Source: an uncultured Clostridia bacterium (GTDB taxonomy: Bacteria; Bacillota; Clostridia; TANB77; CAG-508). From it: a DNA stretch of 64,000 nucleotides. The stretch covers positions 14,484 to 78,483 of the forward strand of contig CANQAI010000001.1 in the NCBI GenBank assembly GCA_947589265.1, read 5' to 3'. The translations under genes were made by a program, and so were the position numbers. The notes below the pieces were generated by a model. The model worked only from the letters and a program-made list of their open reading frames with translations, was not told the DNA's origin and made no database searches. Positions 37,950 through 48,283 of this stretch are shown here, one piece after another; the stretch's first letter is position 1; each line of letters opens with the position of its first letter.

Positions 37950-39806
37950 TTGAACACACTAGAAAAAATTAGAGAAATTAGAGAATTAAAAAGAAAAGAA
38001 TTAGATATAAGAGTTAATAGTCAAGTTGGAACAAAAGAAAAACATATTTTAGTATGTCATGGAACAGGCTGTACATCTTCAAAATCTCCTAAAATAATAG
38101 AAAATTTTAGAAAAATAATAAAAGAAAAAAAATTAGAAAATGTACGCGTTATACAAACAGGTTGTTTTGGTTTATGTGCAAAAGGACCAATAGTTATTAT
38201 AAGACCAGAAGATACATTTTATGCAATGGTATCACCAGAAGACTGTGAAGAAATTATAGAATCACATATTATAGAAGGAAAAGTAGTAGACCGATTACTT
38301 TGCAAAGATGTAGACGGAAGCAAGGTTCAAAAACTAGATGATTTAACATTCTATAAAAAACAAAAAAGAATTGCTTTAAAAAACTGTGGGAAAATTGATC
38401 CGGAAGAAATAGAAGAATATATTGCATTTGATGGATATAAAGCTCTAGAAAAAGTTTTATTAGAAATGACACCAGATGAAGTAATAGAAGAAGTAGAAAA
38501 ATCTGGGCTAAGAGGTAGAGGGGGAGCAGGTTTCCCAACAGGCAAAAAGTGGAGATTAACTAAAAATGTAGAAGGAAAGCAAAAGTATGTAGTATGTAAT
38601 GCAGATGAAGGAGATCCAGGTGCATTTATGGATAGAAGCATTTTAGAGGGAGATCCACATTCTGTTTTAGAGTCTATGATAATTGCAGGATTTGCTATAG
38701 GTGCAAATCAAGGTTACATATATGTTAGAGCAGAATATCCAATTGCAGTAGAAAGATTTAGCGTTGCTATTAAGCAGGCTAGAGAATATGGACTTCTTGG
38801 AAAAAATATTTTTGGAACAAATTTCAGCTTTGATGTAGAAGTTCGCTTAGGTGCAGGAGCATTTGTATGTGGAGAAGAAACTGCACTTTTAGAGTCAATA
38901 GAAGGAAAACGTGGACAGCCAAGAATAAAACCACCATATCCTGCAAATTCTGGGTTATGGGGCAAACCAACTTTGATTAACAATGTAGAAACTTATGCAA
39001 ATATTACTAGAATTATTTTAAATGGTGCTGATTGGTATTCATCTATTGGAACAGAAGGCTCAAAAGGAACAAAAGTATTTGCACTTGGTGGCAATGTAGT
39101 AAATGTAGGCTTAGTAGAAGTTCCAATGGGAACAACATTAAGAGAAATTATATATGATATTGGCGGTGGAATTCCAAATGGTAGAGGATTTAAAGCTGCC
39201 CAAACTGGTGGACCTTCAGGCGGATGCATTCCAAAAGAGCATTTAGATACCCCAATAGATTACGAATCATTAAAACAAATAGGCTCTATGATGGGTTCAG
39301 GTGGACTTATTGTAATGGATGATACAAAATGTATGGTAAATTTAGCAAAATTCTATTTAAGCTTTACAGTAGATGAATCTTGCGGAAAATGTACTCCTTG
39401 TAGAATTGGAACCAAAAGAATGTTAGAATTATTAGAAAAAATAACTAAGGGAGATGGAACACAAGAAGATGTTCAAAAACTAGAAGAACTAGCAAATAGT
39501 ATTCCAAAAACTGCAGTTTGTGGTTTAGGCCAATCTGCTCCAAATCCTGTACTTTCTACACTTAAATATTTTAGAGAAGAATATTTAGAACATGTAAACG
39601 AAAAAGTATGTAAAACAGGAGAATGTAAGGCCTTAGCTAAAATTCAAATACATGAAGATAAATGTAAAGGCTGTGGAATGTGTAAAAGAAATTGCCCAGT
39701 AGAAGCAATTTCAGGAGAACCTGGAAAGATTCATCATATAGATGAAGCTAAATGTATTAAATGTGGTACCTGCATTTCAGTCTGCCCATTCCACGCAATA
39801 GGCTAA
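37950..39806 (+). CDS. NuoF-like NAD(P)H-binding flavoprotein subunit (HydB/beta)
   Basis: FMN/NADH site GRGGAGFPTGKKW, [4Fe-4S] SCGKCTPCR, N-terminal [2Fe-2S] thioredoxin-like domain, and a C-terminal 2x[4Fe-4S] ferredoxin domain (CKGCGMCKRNCP...CIKCGTCISVCP). Confidence 0.8.
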   Translation: MNTLEKIREIRELKRKELDIRVNSQVGTKEKHILVCHGTGCTSSKSPKIIENFRKIIKEKKLENVRVIQTGCFGLCAKGPIVIIRPEDTFYAMVSPEDCEEIIESHIIEGKVVDRLLCKDVDGSKVQKLDDLTFYKKQKRIALKNCGKIDPEEIEEYIAFDGYKALEKVLLEMTPDEVIEEVEKSGLRGRGGAGFPTGKKWRLTKNVEGKQKYVVCNADEGDPGAFMDRSILEGDPHSVLESMIIAGFAIGANQGYIYVRAEYPIAVERFSVAIKQAREYGLLGKNIFGTNFSFDVEVRLGAGAFVCGEETALLESIEGKRGQPRIKPPYPANSGLWGKPTLINNVETYANITRIILNGADWYSSIGTEGSKGTKVFALGGNVVNVGLVEVPMGTTLREIIYDIGGGIPNGRGFKAAQTGGPSGGCIPKEHLDTPIDYESLKQIGSMMGSGGLIVMDDTKCMVNLAKFYLSFTVDESCGKCTPCRIGTKRMLELLEKITKGDGTQEDVQKLEELANSIPKTAVCGLGQSAPNPVLSTLKYFREEYLEHVNEKVCKTGECKALAKIQIHEDKCKGCGMCKRNCPVEAISGEPGKIHHIDEAKCIKCGTCISVCPFHAIG

Positions 39807-39975
39807 ATTTTAAAAATAATAGGAATCTTGTGCTATCACTTCACATTTAAAATTGAACCGATGTGCAAAAAGCACACCTCATCAATGTTAAATGCTTGTT
39901 CCTAGCAATATAACTATTCTTTTGAAGATCAAAGAATTAAAGCAAACTAATCGCAAAAAATAGAAGGAGAAAATT

Positions 39976-40548
39976 ATGAAATATTTTAAAAAATTAATAG
40001 GGGATAGAATATATTTATCTCCAAGAAATAATGAAGATGCAGAAAAATTTGTTAAATGGCTAAATGATTTTGAAATAACAGATTACACTGGAAGAAGTCA
40101 TCAATTATTAACATTAGATGGAGAAAAAGAATATCTAGCACATCCAAAAGAAAATGCAGTATATTTTGCAATAGTTACTTTAGAAAATGACGAAATGATA
40201 GGATCAGTTTCATTAGAAAATATAGATTACAACAACCAATGTGCCACATTAGGGATTTTAATAGGAGAAGCAAAATACAGAAATAATGGTTATGGCACTG
40301 AAACAATTTGCTTATTATTAGATTATGGATTTAATTATTTGAACTTAAATAGTATTCAATTAACAGTTTTTGAATGCAATGAAAGAGCAAAGGCTTGCTA
40401 TAAAAAATGTGGCTTTAAAGAAATGGGAAGAAGAAGAAAATCTATTTTTATAAATGGGAAATTTTATGATAAAATATATATGGATATTTTAAGAGAAGAA
40501 TTTAATAATTTAGGAAAAGAATACATTAGAAATAAAAATATAAAATAA
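39976..40548 (+). CDS. GNAT-family N-acetyltransferase
   Basis: 190 aa with an acetyl-CoA binding motif region (NNGYGTE...). It is inserted between the hydB-like and hydA genes. Confidence 0.7.
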   Translation: MKYFKKLIGDRIYLSPRNNEDAEKFVKWLNDFEITDYTGRSHQLLTLDGEKEYLAHPKENAVYFAIVTLENDEMIGSVSLENIDYNNQCATLGILIGEAKYRNNGYGTETICLLLDYGFNYLNLNSIQLTVFECNERAKACYKKCGFKEMGRRRKSIFINGKFYDKIYMDILREEFNNLGKEYIRNKNIK

Positions 40549-40603
40549 AAAAGGAAGGAGTAGGGTTTGCTTATAGAAAAATAAGTATTCCTTAATAAAA
40601 TAA

Positions 40604-42358
40604 ATGTCTAAAGAAAGTATGGTAAATTTAGTAATTGATAATAAAAAAGTAAGCGTACCAGAAGGAACTACTATTTTAGAAGCAGCAAGAAAAGTGAATA
40701 TAGATATTCCAACACTTTGCTTTTTGAAAGATATAAATGAAGTAGGAGATTGCAGAATGTGTATTACAGAAGTAGAAGGAAGACGTGGATTTGCAACTTC
40801 TTGTATACAAAAAGTAGAAGAAGGAATGGTAGTACATACTAATTCACCTGCAGTTGTTGAAGCTAGAAAAATGATACTAGACCTAATTTTGTCTAATCAT
40901 CACAGAGATTGCTTAACCTGTGTTAGAAATGGAAATTGTGAATTACAAGCTTTAGCAGAAAAGCTAAATATGACTGATGTACGATATGATGGCGTAAAAA
41001 ATGAATATGAAATAGATGACAAATCCCCATCAATAGTTAGAGATTTTAATAAATGTATATTATGTAGAAGATGTGTAGCAACATGTAAAAAGGTCCAAAA
41101 TATAGGAGCAATATCAGCTACTGGTAGAGGATTTTCTTCTTGTGTATCTACAGTAGGAAATAACAGCTTAGATGATGTAAACTGCACTTTCTGTGGACAA
41201 TGTATAGAAAGCTGTCCAACAGGCGCACTTCACGAAAAATATTCTATAAATGAAGTATGGGAAAAATTAAAGGATGAAAATACTTATGTAGTTGTTCAAA
41301 CAGCTCCAGCAGTTAGAGTTGCACTAGGTGAAGAATTTGGCATGGAAATAGGCACAAATGTAACAGGAAAAATGGTAACAGCTTTAAAAAATTTAGGATT
41401 TGATAAAGTATTTGACACAAATACAGGTGCAGACTTCACAATTATGGAAGAAGGAACAGAATTTATAAAACGTTTCAAAGAAAAAGATAATCTACCAATG
41501 ATTACATCTTGTAGCCCTGGCTGGGTAAAATATATTGAAATGAACTATCCAGAAAACTTGCCACATTTATCTAGCTGTAAATCTCCACATGAAATGTTTG
41601 GAGCAATTATAAAAACATACTATGCAGCAAAAAACAAAATTAATCCAGAAAAAATATATGTAGTATCTGTAATGCCTTGTATTGCTAAAAAATTCGAAAG
41701 GCAAAGAGAAGAAATGAAAGAAAATGGCTTATATGATGTTGATGCAGTTTTAACAACCAGAGAACTTGCTAAAATGATAAAACAAGCCAATATTGACTTC
41801 GTAAACCTAGAGGATAGTAGTTTTGACGATCCAATGGGAGAAGCAACAGGTGCAGGGGCAATTTTTGGAGTAACTGGTGGTGTTATGGAAGCTGCATTAA
41901 GGAGTGTATCTGAAATAATTACTGGAAAAGAACTAGAAAAAATTAACTTTGAAGAAGTAAGAGGGCAAAAAGGAATAAAAAGAGGAACAGTAAAAATAGG
42001 AAAAGAAGAGATAAAAGTAGTAGTTGCAAGTGGACTTGGAAATGCAAGAAAAATTATGGAAGAAATTAAAGAAGGAAAAGCAGACTATCAATTTGTAGAA
42101 ATAATGGCATGTCCTGGTGGATGTATTATGGGTGGAGGACAACCAATAAAAAGTTCTAAAATTAGAGCCACAGTAAATGTCCACAAAAAGCGTGCTGATG
42201 CTATGTATACAATAGATGAAAAAAGCAAAATTAGAAAATCACATGAAAACCCAGTCTTACAAAGGATATATAAAGAATATTTAGGAGAACCAGGTGGACA
42301 TTTAGCACATGAAATATTACATACACATTATGAAGCAAAACAAAAATATCGAATTTAA
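40604..42358 (+). CDS. hydA: [FeFe] hydrogenase catalytic subunit (HydA, CpI-like M3 architecture) with an atypical L1 motif TSCSPGW
   Basis: N-terminal [2Fe-2S] (CRMCITEV), accessory FeS domains, and H-cluster motifs L1 PMITSCSPGWV, L2 MPCIAKKFE, L3 EIMACPGGCIMGGGQP. Confidence 0.85.
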   Translation: MSKESMVNLVIDNKKVSVPEGTTILEAARKVNIDIPTLCFLKDINEVGDCRMCITEVEGRRGFATSCIQKVEEGMVVHTNSPAVVEARKMILDLILSNHHRDCLTCVRNGNCELQALAEKLNMTDVRYDGVKNEYEIDDKSPSIVRDFNKCILCRRCVATCKKVQNIGAISATGRGFSSCVSTVGNNSLDDVNCTFCGQCIESCPTGALHEKYSINEVWEKLKDENTYVVVQTAPAVRVALGEEFGMEIGTNVTGKMVTALKNLGFDKVFDTNTGADFTIMEEGTEFIKRFKEKDNLPMITSCSPGWVKYIEMNYPENLPHLSSCKSPHEMFGAIIKTYYAAKNKINPEKIYVVSVMPCIAKKFERQREEMKENGLYDVDAVLTTRELAKMIKQANIDFVNLEDSSFDDPMGEATGAGAIFGVTGGVMEAALRSVSEIITGKELEKINFEEVRGQKGIKRGTVKIGKEEIKVVVASGLGNARKIMEEIKEGKADYQFVEIMACPGGCIMGGGQPIKSSKIRATVNVHKKRADAMYTIDEKSKIRKSHENPVLQRIYKEYLGEPGGHLAHEILHTHYEAKQKYRI

Positions 42359-42359
42359 A

Positions 42360-42390
42360 ACACATCTCTGCTTGCCTCGAGATGTGTATT
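42360..42390 (+). terminator. Hairpin after hydA (a weak terminator)
   Basis: 9-bp stem ACACATCTC/GAGATGTGT with a 10-nt loop. The T-run is displaced by about 12 nt. Confidence 0.4.
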
Positions 42391-42613
42391 AACATATACT
42401 TTTTCTAGACAACCACACTTTGTGGTTCCTAATTTCTAATAATATTAGAACATAATTTTTAAAATTGTCAAATTTAACTATAAAATTTATTATAATATGT
42501 AATTTTAACTTAAGTAGTCAAGCAAAATTAGTAGAAAAAAACTAAAAACTTTTTTACAAAATTCTACAAAAAATATAAACTAATGGTAGTACAATGACAA
42601 AAAAGGAGCATAT

Positions 42614-43519
42614 ATGGAAAATTTCAAATCTGGGTTTGTAGCAATTGTTGGTAGAACAAACGTAGGAAAATCAAGTATTTTAAATAGTATAGCAGGCCAA
42701 AAAATAGCAGTAGTTGTAAATAAACCACAAACAACAAGAACATCTATTAAAGCCATAGTAAATAGACCAAATTCACAAATAATTTTTATAGATACACCTG
42801 GAATACATAAACCAAAATCAAAGCTAGGAACTACAATGAATGATACAGCTTGGGAATCCATTCCAGATGCAGATGTTATTTTATTTGTAGTTGAAGCAAC
42901 ATCAAATGAAATTGGAAAAGGCAATCAAATGATTTTAAACAAAATAAAAGAAAGTGGCAGAAAAACTATTTTAATTATAAATAAAGTTGATTTAGCTACT
43001 AAAGAGCAAGTACTAAACTTAATTGAAACCTATAAAAATGAATATAACTTTAAAGCCATAATTCCAACATCTGCTATAAAAAATAAAGAAATAGAAGTTG
43101 TACTAGAAGAAATAGAAAAAAATTTAAAAGAAGGTCCAGCATATTATAGCAAAGAAGAATATACAGACCAAACTCTAAGAGATATAGCATCAGAAATAAT
43201 TCGCGAAAAAGCATTAAAACTTCTTCAAGATGAAGTTCCACATGGAATTTTTGTAGAAATAGAAAAAATGAAGAAATCAAAAACAAGGGAAAATAAACCA
43301 ATATTCAATATAGAAGCAACAATATACTGCTTAAGGAATTCTCACAAAGGTATTATTATAGGAAAAAACGGTCAAATGTTAAAAAGAATTGGAACTTATG
43401 CAAGAGAAGACTTAGAAAAAGAACTGGAAGAACAAGTAAATCTAAAACTATGGGTAAAAGTGAAAGAAGATTGGATTAATAATGATCAAATTGTAAAGAA
43501 ATTCAAAACCACAGATTAA
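42614..43519 (+). CDS. era: GTPase Era
   Basis: G1 motif GRTNVGKSS, G3 motif DTPG, C-terminal KH domain. 301 aa. Confidence 0.9.
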   Translation: MENFKSGFVAIVGRTNVGKSSILNSIAGQKIAVVVNKPQTTRTSIKAIVNRPNSQIIFIDTPGIHKPKSKLGTTMNDTAWESIPDADVILFVVEATSNEIGKGNQMILNKIKESGRKTILIINKVDLATKEQVLNLIETYKNEYNFKAIIPTSAIKNKEIEVVLEEIEKNLKEGPAYYSKEEYTDQTLRDIASEIIREKALKLLQDEVPHGIFVEIEKMKKSKTRENKPIFNIEATIYCLRNSHKGIIIGKNGQMLKRIGTYAREDLEKELEEQVNLKLWVKVKEDWINNDQIVKKFKTTD

Positions 43520-43651
43520 AAATATACAATTGGCAAATTGTGTTAACGCAAAATAAGAATAAAAATCCAAAAAAAGCAAAACATAAGAAAAGAAGCAAAA
43601 ATAGGATAACAGCTATTAAGAAAACTTCTAGAACAGGAGACTGGTGCACGT

Positions 43652-43840
43652 ATGATTGAAAAGCAAATTAAAAACTTAGCATGGAATACATTCAAGCAAA
43701 CAGGTGATATTAATACATTTATGGAGTTGATGCAAATAGAAAATATAACAAAACCTAAACCACAAATTAAACTAAAAAATATAGAGGAAATGCAATATGG
43801 GACTTATCAAAACCAAAGGAATAATAATTTCGGAAAGTAA
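43652..43840 (+). CDS. YqzL-like small protein
   Basis: 62 aa with the WNTFKQTGDINTFMEL pattern resembling YqzL. It sits in the conserved position between era and recO and overlaps the recO start by 44 nt. Confidence 0.45.
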   Translation: MIEKQIKNLAWNTFKQTGDINTFMELMQIENITKPKPQIKLKNIEEMQYGTYQNQRNNNFGK

Positions 43841-44513
43841 TATGAACGATTTCGATAAAATGGTAACAATACTTACCCCAAATGGTAAAATTGGGTGCAG
43901 CGCAAAAGGGGCTAGAAAACCAAAAAGCCTCTTAATGGCAGGCACTCAATTTTTGTGTTTTGGCGAATATTTAATTTATGAAGGGGCAAGTACATACCAT
44001 ATTAATTCTTGTGACACCATAGAACTTTTTTACCCAATTAGAACAGATTTAAACAAACTAAAATATGCTTCTCATGTATCTAAAATTATAAATGATGTCA
44101 CTTACGAAAATCAAAATACTTATAAAATTTTACAACTCTATTTAAACACATTATATATGATTTCACAAACAGATAGAAACCTAGACTTTATACTTTCAGT
44201 ATTTAAAATAAGACTTTTAACACTTTTAGGCTTTTCACCTGAAATTAAGTATTGCACAATTTGTAAAACAAATGAAAATTTAAGCTATTTTAGCATAAAA
44301 GATAATGGATTTAAATGCTTAAGCTGTGGTAAGGTAGACAAAAGCGCAATTCAAATTTCAAATTCTACAATAACAGCAATTAGATATATAATGATGTCAG
44401 ATGCAAAAAAAATATTCTCTTTTCAAATTTCAGATGAAAATTTGAAAGAACTAAACTTAGTAAGTAAGTTATATTTTAATGAAAAATTAGAAAAAGAATA
44501 CAAGCTTGAATAG
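43797..44513 (+). CDS. recO: DNA repair protein RecO
   Basis: N-terminal OB fold (GIIISESNMNDFDKMVTILT) and a C-terminal Cys4 zinc motif (CTICK...CLSCG). Confidence 0.8.
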   Translation: MGLIKTKGIIISESNMNDFDKMVTILTPNGKIGCSAKGARKPKSLLMAGTQFLCFGEYLIYEGASTYHINSCDTIELFYPIRTDLNKLKYASHVSKIINDVTYENQNTYKILQLYLNTLYMISQTDRNLDFILSVFKIRLLTLLGFSPEIKYCTICKTNENLSYFSIKDNGFKCLSCGKVDKSAIQISNSTITAIRYIMMSDAKKIFSFQISDENLKELNLVSKLYFNEKLEKEYKLE

Positions 44514-44626
44514 GGATTATGCTTGAAATATAAGCTTTTTGAAAGTTTGACACAAAATGAAGAATATGATATAATCTAGTAGTTAAATGCTATTATTTGG
44601 CGACTATAAACGCAAAGGAGAGAACT

Positions 44627-45874
44627 ATGAGCAAAACAGTTCAATTTGGATTGGGGTTTGTAGCAGGAAGACCTAATGTATGTAAAATTATAAATGAAAC
44701 TTATGAACAATTATTAAACCAATTTAAAAATATAGATGACAAAGTAGAATTAACTATATTTATCCTTTTTGATTTAGGATATCAATATACAACAAGAGTA
44801 GATTTTTATGGCTTAATGCCAAATGTTTATAAAAATATTAAAATAAAATATATTACCCCAGAAGACATTGAGGAAATGAAAAAAAGACTAGTTGGTAGGG
44901 GTAACTTAACAAAAGATGAAGCTGATTTGTTTTTTGGCCATGGACATGCTAAAGGAAGAAATACACTAATGTATTATGCTTTTATTAGAGGTATGGATTA
45001 TTTATTGTTCTGGGATGATGATGAATATCCAGTAGCATGCATAAAAGATAATGAAACAAAAGAAATTATATGGAAAGAACAAGACAATGTCTTAAGACAT
45101 TATGAATATATTCAAAAAGCAGATGTAACTATTGGATATCATTGTGGATATATTTCACCAATTCCTTATGTAGAACTAAATGAAGAGGTGGACGAACAGC
45201 TTTTTAGAGATTATATAGAAGCTATTAGCAATGACATTATTTCATGGGATTCTATTAGAACTAAGTTTGTAAAGGATAATGGAATTACTTATGCAGATCC
45301 ACAACTTGCAAGTGGCAAAGAAGCTTATGAAATAAAAAAACAAAATGGTGGTAAATGGGTTGCAGGTTCTACCCTATGTTTAAATTTAAAACATATAAAT
45401 AAAATTCCAGCATTTTACAATCCAGAAGGAGCAAGAGGAGAAGACACATTCTTTTCTACTTTATTAGATGAAGCAAAGGTTATAAAAGTGCCAGTATATC
45501 ATTTCCATGATGGTTTTTTGAAATATACAAGTATTTTAAGAAAAAAATACCCAAAAAATTTAAGAAAAATAAAAATAGAAGATGAACAAATTGCAAAAAG
45601 ATTTGTACAAGCCTCTAGAGGTTGGATAAAATATAAACCACTATTTCAATATATTACAGATAGAGAAAACTATAAAACAAAAATGGCAGAAATCCATAAA
45701 AAATTAGAAGTAGGTATTCCTGAAATTAATAAATTGTTCGAAGGCGAAGACTGCAACATTTTAATGGATGATTTAAATAAATATGACAAAAATGTAAAAA
45801 AACATTATATGGAATATTTAAAAACAAATGAAATCTGGAATAAGCTAAAAAATAAGGAGCTAGGAAATGTTTAA
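44627..45874 (+). CDS. Hypothetical protein with a GT-A-like DxD motif (putative glycosyltransferase-like). The ORF-track start is 44597.
   Basis: The hydrophobic run YLLFWDDDEYP resembles the hhhhDxD of GT-A folds. The ATG at 44627 has an AAAGGAGAG RBS. No close family recognised. It is the first gene of an islet inserted between recO and pth. Confidence 0.45.
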   Translation: MSKTVQFGLGFVAGRPNVCKIINETYEQLLNQFKNIDDKVELTIFILFDLGYQYTTRVDFYGLMPNVYKNIKIKYITPEDIEEMKKRLVGRGNLTKDEADLFFGHGHAKGRNTLMYYAFIRGMDYLLFWDDDEYPVACIKDNETKEIIWKEQDNVLRHYEYIQKADVTIGYHCGYISPIPYVELNEEVDEQLFRDYIEAISNDIISWDSIRTKFVKDNGITYADPQLASGKEAYEIKKQNGGKWVAGSTLCLNLKHINKIPAFYNPEGARGEDTFFSTLLDEAKVIKVPVYHFHDGFLKYTSILRKKYPKNLRKIKIEDEQIAKRFVQASRGWIKYKPLFQYITDRENYKTKMAEIHKKLEVGIPEINKLFEGEDCNILMDDLNKYDKNVKKHYMEYLKTNEIWNKLKNKELGNV

Positions 45875-47000
45875 TGAACAGGAAATTGAAGAATTAAAAA
45901 AAATAGAATTTAACAACAGAGAAAAAAGATTAAACAATGCTATTCCTCAAAAACTAGTATATACGGAAAATACTAAACAAAAACTTCATATAACTTATGT
46001 AATGACATGGACAGGAGTATGTGGAGGTAGCAAAATCATATTAGAACATGCAAATAAATTAACTTTAAGAGGCCATAAAGTAACTTTAATATCACATGAT
46101 AATAAACCAGTGTGGTATCCACTAAATAGTGATATAGAGTTTATACAAGTACCATATGATAAAGTATTGTGTGAGCAAATTCCAAAATGTGACATAATAG
46201 TGGCTACTTATTGGCGAGAAATTTATGAATGCATAGAACAAAAAATAGCTCCGGTTATTTATTTTGAACAAGGAGATTATCACTTATTTGATTTAAAACA
46301 ACTAGATGATAGAACTTTTGAATATATAAAAAAGCAATTAAAAACAGTAAAATTTATTTATACTGTTTCTAATTTTGCCAAAAACAAACTAAAAGAAATT
46401 TATGATGTAGAAGCAGAAGTAATACCAAATGCAGTAGATGACAGTATATTTTATTATGAACCTCATAAAAAAAATTCGAAACTAACTATTACTGTAATTG
46501 GAGCAGAGCAAGCAGAATTTAAAAGAATTACAAATATAATAAAGGCAATAGAAATAGTAAAATCTAAAGGATATGACATTAATTTAAACTGGATTACTCC
46601 TGTAACACCAATTAACCCAGTAGGAAATGTAATTGTAAATCCGAAACAAATAGTAATAGGAGATACTTTACGAAACACAGATATTTATATTTGTGCATCA
46701 ATTTATGAATCTTTTTGTTTACCAGTTTTGGAAGCTATGACTTGTGGAACAGCAATTATTACTACAAATAATGGTGGAAACATGGATTTTGTGGAAGATG
46801 GAAGAAATGCTTTATTGGTTCAAAAAGATAATATTGAAGATATGGTTGATAAAATAAAAACATTAATAGAAAATTCAGACCTGCGATATGAACTTTCAAA
46901 AAATGCTGTAAAAACTTCCAAGTTATATTCTTGGAACAAAACAATAGACGAAATAGAAAAATACTACAAAAATGTTAATATGTATGAAGTATTATTATAA
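45867..47000 (+). CDS. GT4-family (GT-B) glycosyltransferase
   Basis: C-terminal glycos_transf_1 signature ESFCLPVLEAMTCGTAIITTNNGGNMDFVEDGRNALLV. 377 aa. Overlaps the upstream gene by 8 nt, consistent with an operon. Confidence 0.75.
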   Translation: MFNEQEIEELKKIEFNNREKRLNNAIPQKLVYTENTKQKLHITYVMTWTGVCGGSKIILEHANKLTLRGHKVTLISHDNKPVWYPLNSDIEFIQVPYDKVLCEQIPKCDIIVATYWREIYECIEQKIAPVIYFEQGDYHLFDLKQLDDRTFEYIKKQLKTVKFIYTVSNFAKNKLKEIYDVEAEVIPNAVDDSIFYYEPHKKNSKLTITVIGAEQAEFKRITNIIKAIEIVKSKGYDINLNWITPVTPINPVGNVIVNPKQIVIGDTLRNTDIYICASIYESFCLPVLEAMTCGTAIITTNNGGNMDFVEDGRNALLVQKDNIEDMVDKIKTLIENSDLRYELSKNAVKTSKLYSWNKTIDEIEKYYKNVNMYEVLL

Positions 47001-47038
47001 CAATAGTAGCAATAAAAAAGAAAGGAATAACATAAAAA

Positions 47039-48220
47039 ATGAAGAAAGTATTAATTTTTGGTGCAGTAAAACATGCTATTGAAAAAGCAAAAGAATTAGG
47101 ATATGAAACTATAGTAGTAGACCAAGTTTCTACTTTGCCTACAATAAAGTTAGCAGATAAATTTAAATGTATTCCATTCGAGGATTTTGAAGCCAATTTA
47201 GAATATGCAAAACAAGAAAAAATAGATGGAGTTGTAAATGCAACAGAATTTGCAGTTTTAGTTTCTAGTTATGTCGCAGAAAAATTAAATTTACCAGGCT
47301 TAAATTTTGAAACTGCTAAAATTGTAAAAAACAAATATGAAATCAGAAAAAAAATGTTAGAAAATGGAATAACAAATGTTCCACAATTTTTTGAAGTCGA
47401 AAATATAGAGCAACTAAATGACATAAAGGGAAAAATAAAATTTCCAGTAATTATAAAGCCTGCTTCAGGCTTAGGAAGCTTACATGTATATAGAATAGAT
47501 GATTTTGAAACATTAAGTGAAAAAATTATAGAAGTAATAGACGGTTCATTTAACAAAAAGGCTTTAATAGAAACTTTTATAACTGGACAAGAATACGGAG
47601 TAGAATCATTTGTATATAATGGAAAAGTATTTGTTTTAGGAATAATGAAAAAAAATATGACTCCATTACCTTATCGTTCTGAACTAGGACATATAATACC
47701 TTCAGAATTACCTGAAGAAATCGAAAATAAAATTAAAAACGTTGTTACTAATTTGATTATGACATTAAAAATCAATGCTGGGGCTGTTAACATGGACCTT
47801 ATATTATCAGAAGACAATGAAGTATTTATCATAGATGTTGGTGCTAGGATGGGAGGAAATGCAATCACATCCCACATTATACCTCTTAGCAAAGGAATAG
47901 ACCATGTTGGAAATGTAATTAAGTATTCAATGGGAGATAATAATATAGAACTAGAACCAAAATTTAATAAATGTGTAGTAACAAGAATATTAGATTTAGA
48001 TGAAGGAACTATTAAAAAGCTCCCTGATTTTTCAAAGTATTATGATAATGAAGTAGTAGAAATATATTTTGAAAAAGCAGTAGGAGATAAAATAGAAAAA
48101 TACATATCTGATGCACAAAGATGTGGATTTCTTGTTGTACAAGGTGAGGATATTGAGAAAATAAAGAAAAAGGCTGTAGAAATTAGGAACAGAATTAATG
48201 AAGAAATAGTAAGGTGTTAA
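47039..48220 (+). CDS. ATP-grasp domain protein (carboxylate-amine ligase type)
   Basis: ATP-grasp B/C subdomain patterns (KIVKNKYEIRKKM..., FPVIIKPASGLGS, EYGVESFVYNGKV, DVGARMGGN). 393 aa. Confidence 0.7.
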   Translation: MKKVLIFGAVKHAIEKAKELGYETIVVDQVSTLPTIKLADKFKCIPFEDFEANLEYAKQEKIDGVVNATEFAVLVSSYVAEKLNLPGLNFETAKIVKNKYEIRKKMLENGITNVPQFFEVENIEQLNDIKGKIKFPVIIKPASGLGSLHVYRIDDFETLSEKIIEVIDGSFNKKALIETFITGQEYGVESFVYNGKVFVLGIMKKNMTPLPYRSELGHIIPSELPEEIENKIKNVVTNLIMTLKINAGAVNMDLILSEDNEVFIIDVGARMGGNAITSHIIPLSKGIDHVGNVIKYSMGDNNIELEPKFNKCVVTRILDLDEGTIKKLPDFSKYYDNEVVEIYFEKAVGDKIEKYISDAQRCGFLVVQGEDIEKIKKKAVEIRNRINEEIVRC

Positions 48221-48283
48221 AATAAAAAATTATTTATTTAAAAGATACTAGAAATAAAACTTACTTGAAATGTGAGGAAAAAT

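Noticed and set aside
43652-43840. Whether the small ORF overlapping recO is real or a recO upstream artefact
   Set aside because: It is kept as a low-confidence feature. Its position (era-yqzL-recO) and a YqzL-like motif argue for it, but the 44-nt overlap with recO makes the exact boundaries uncertain.
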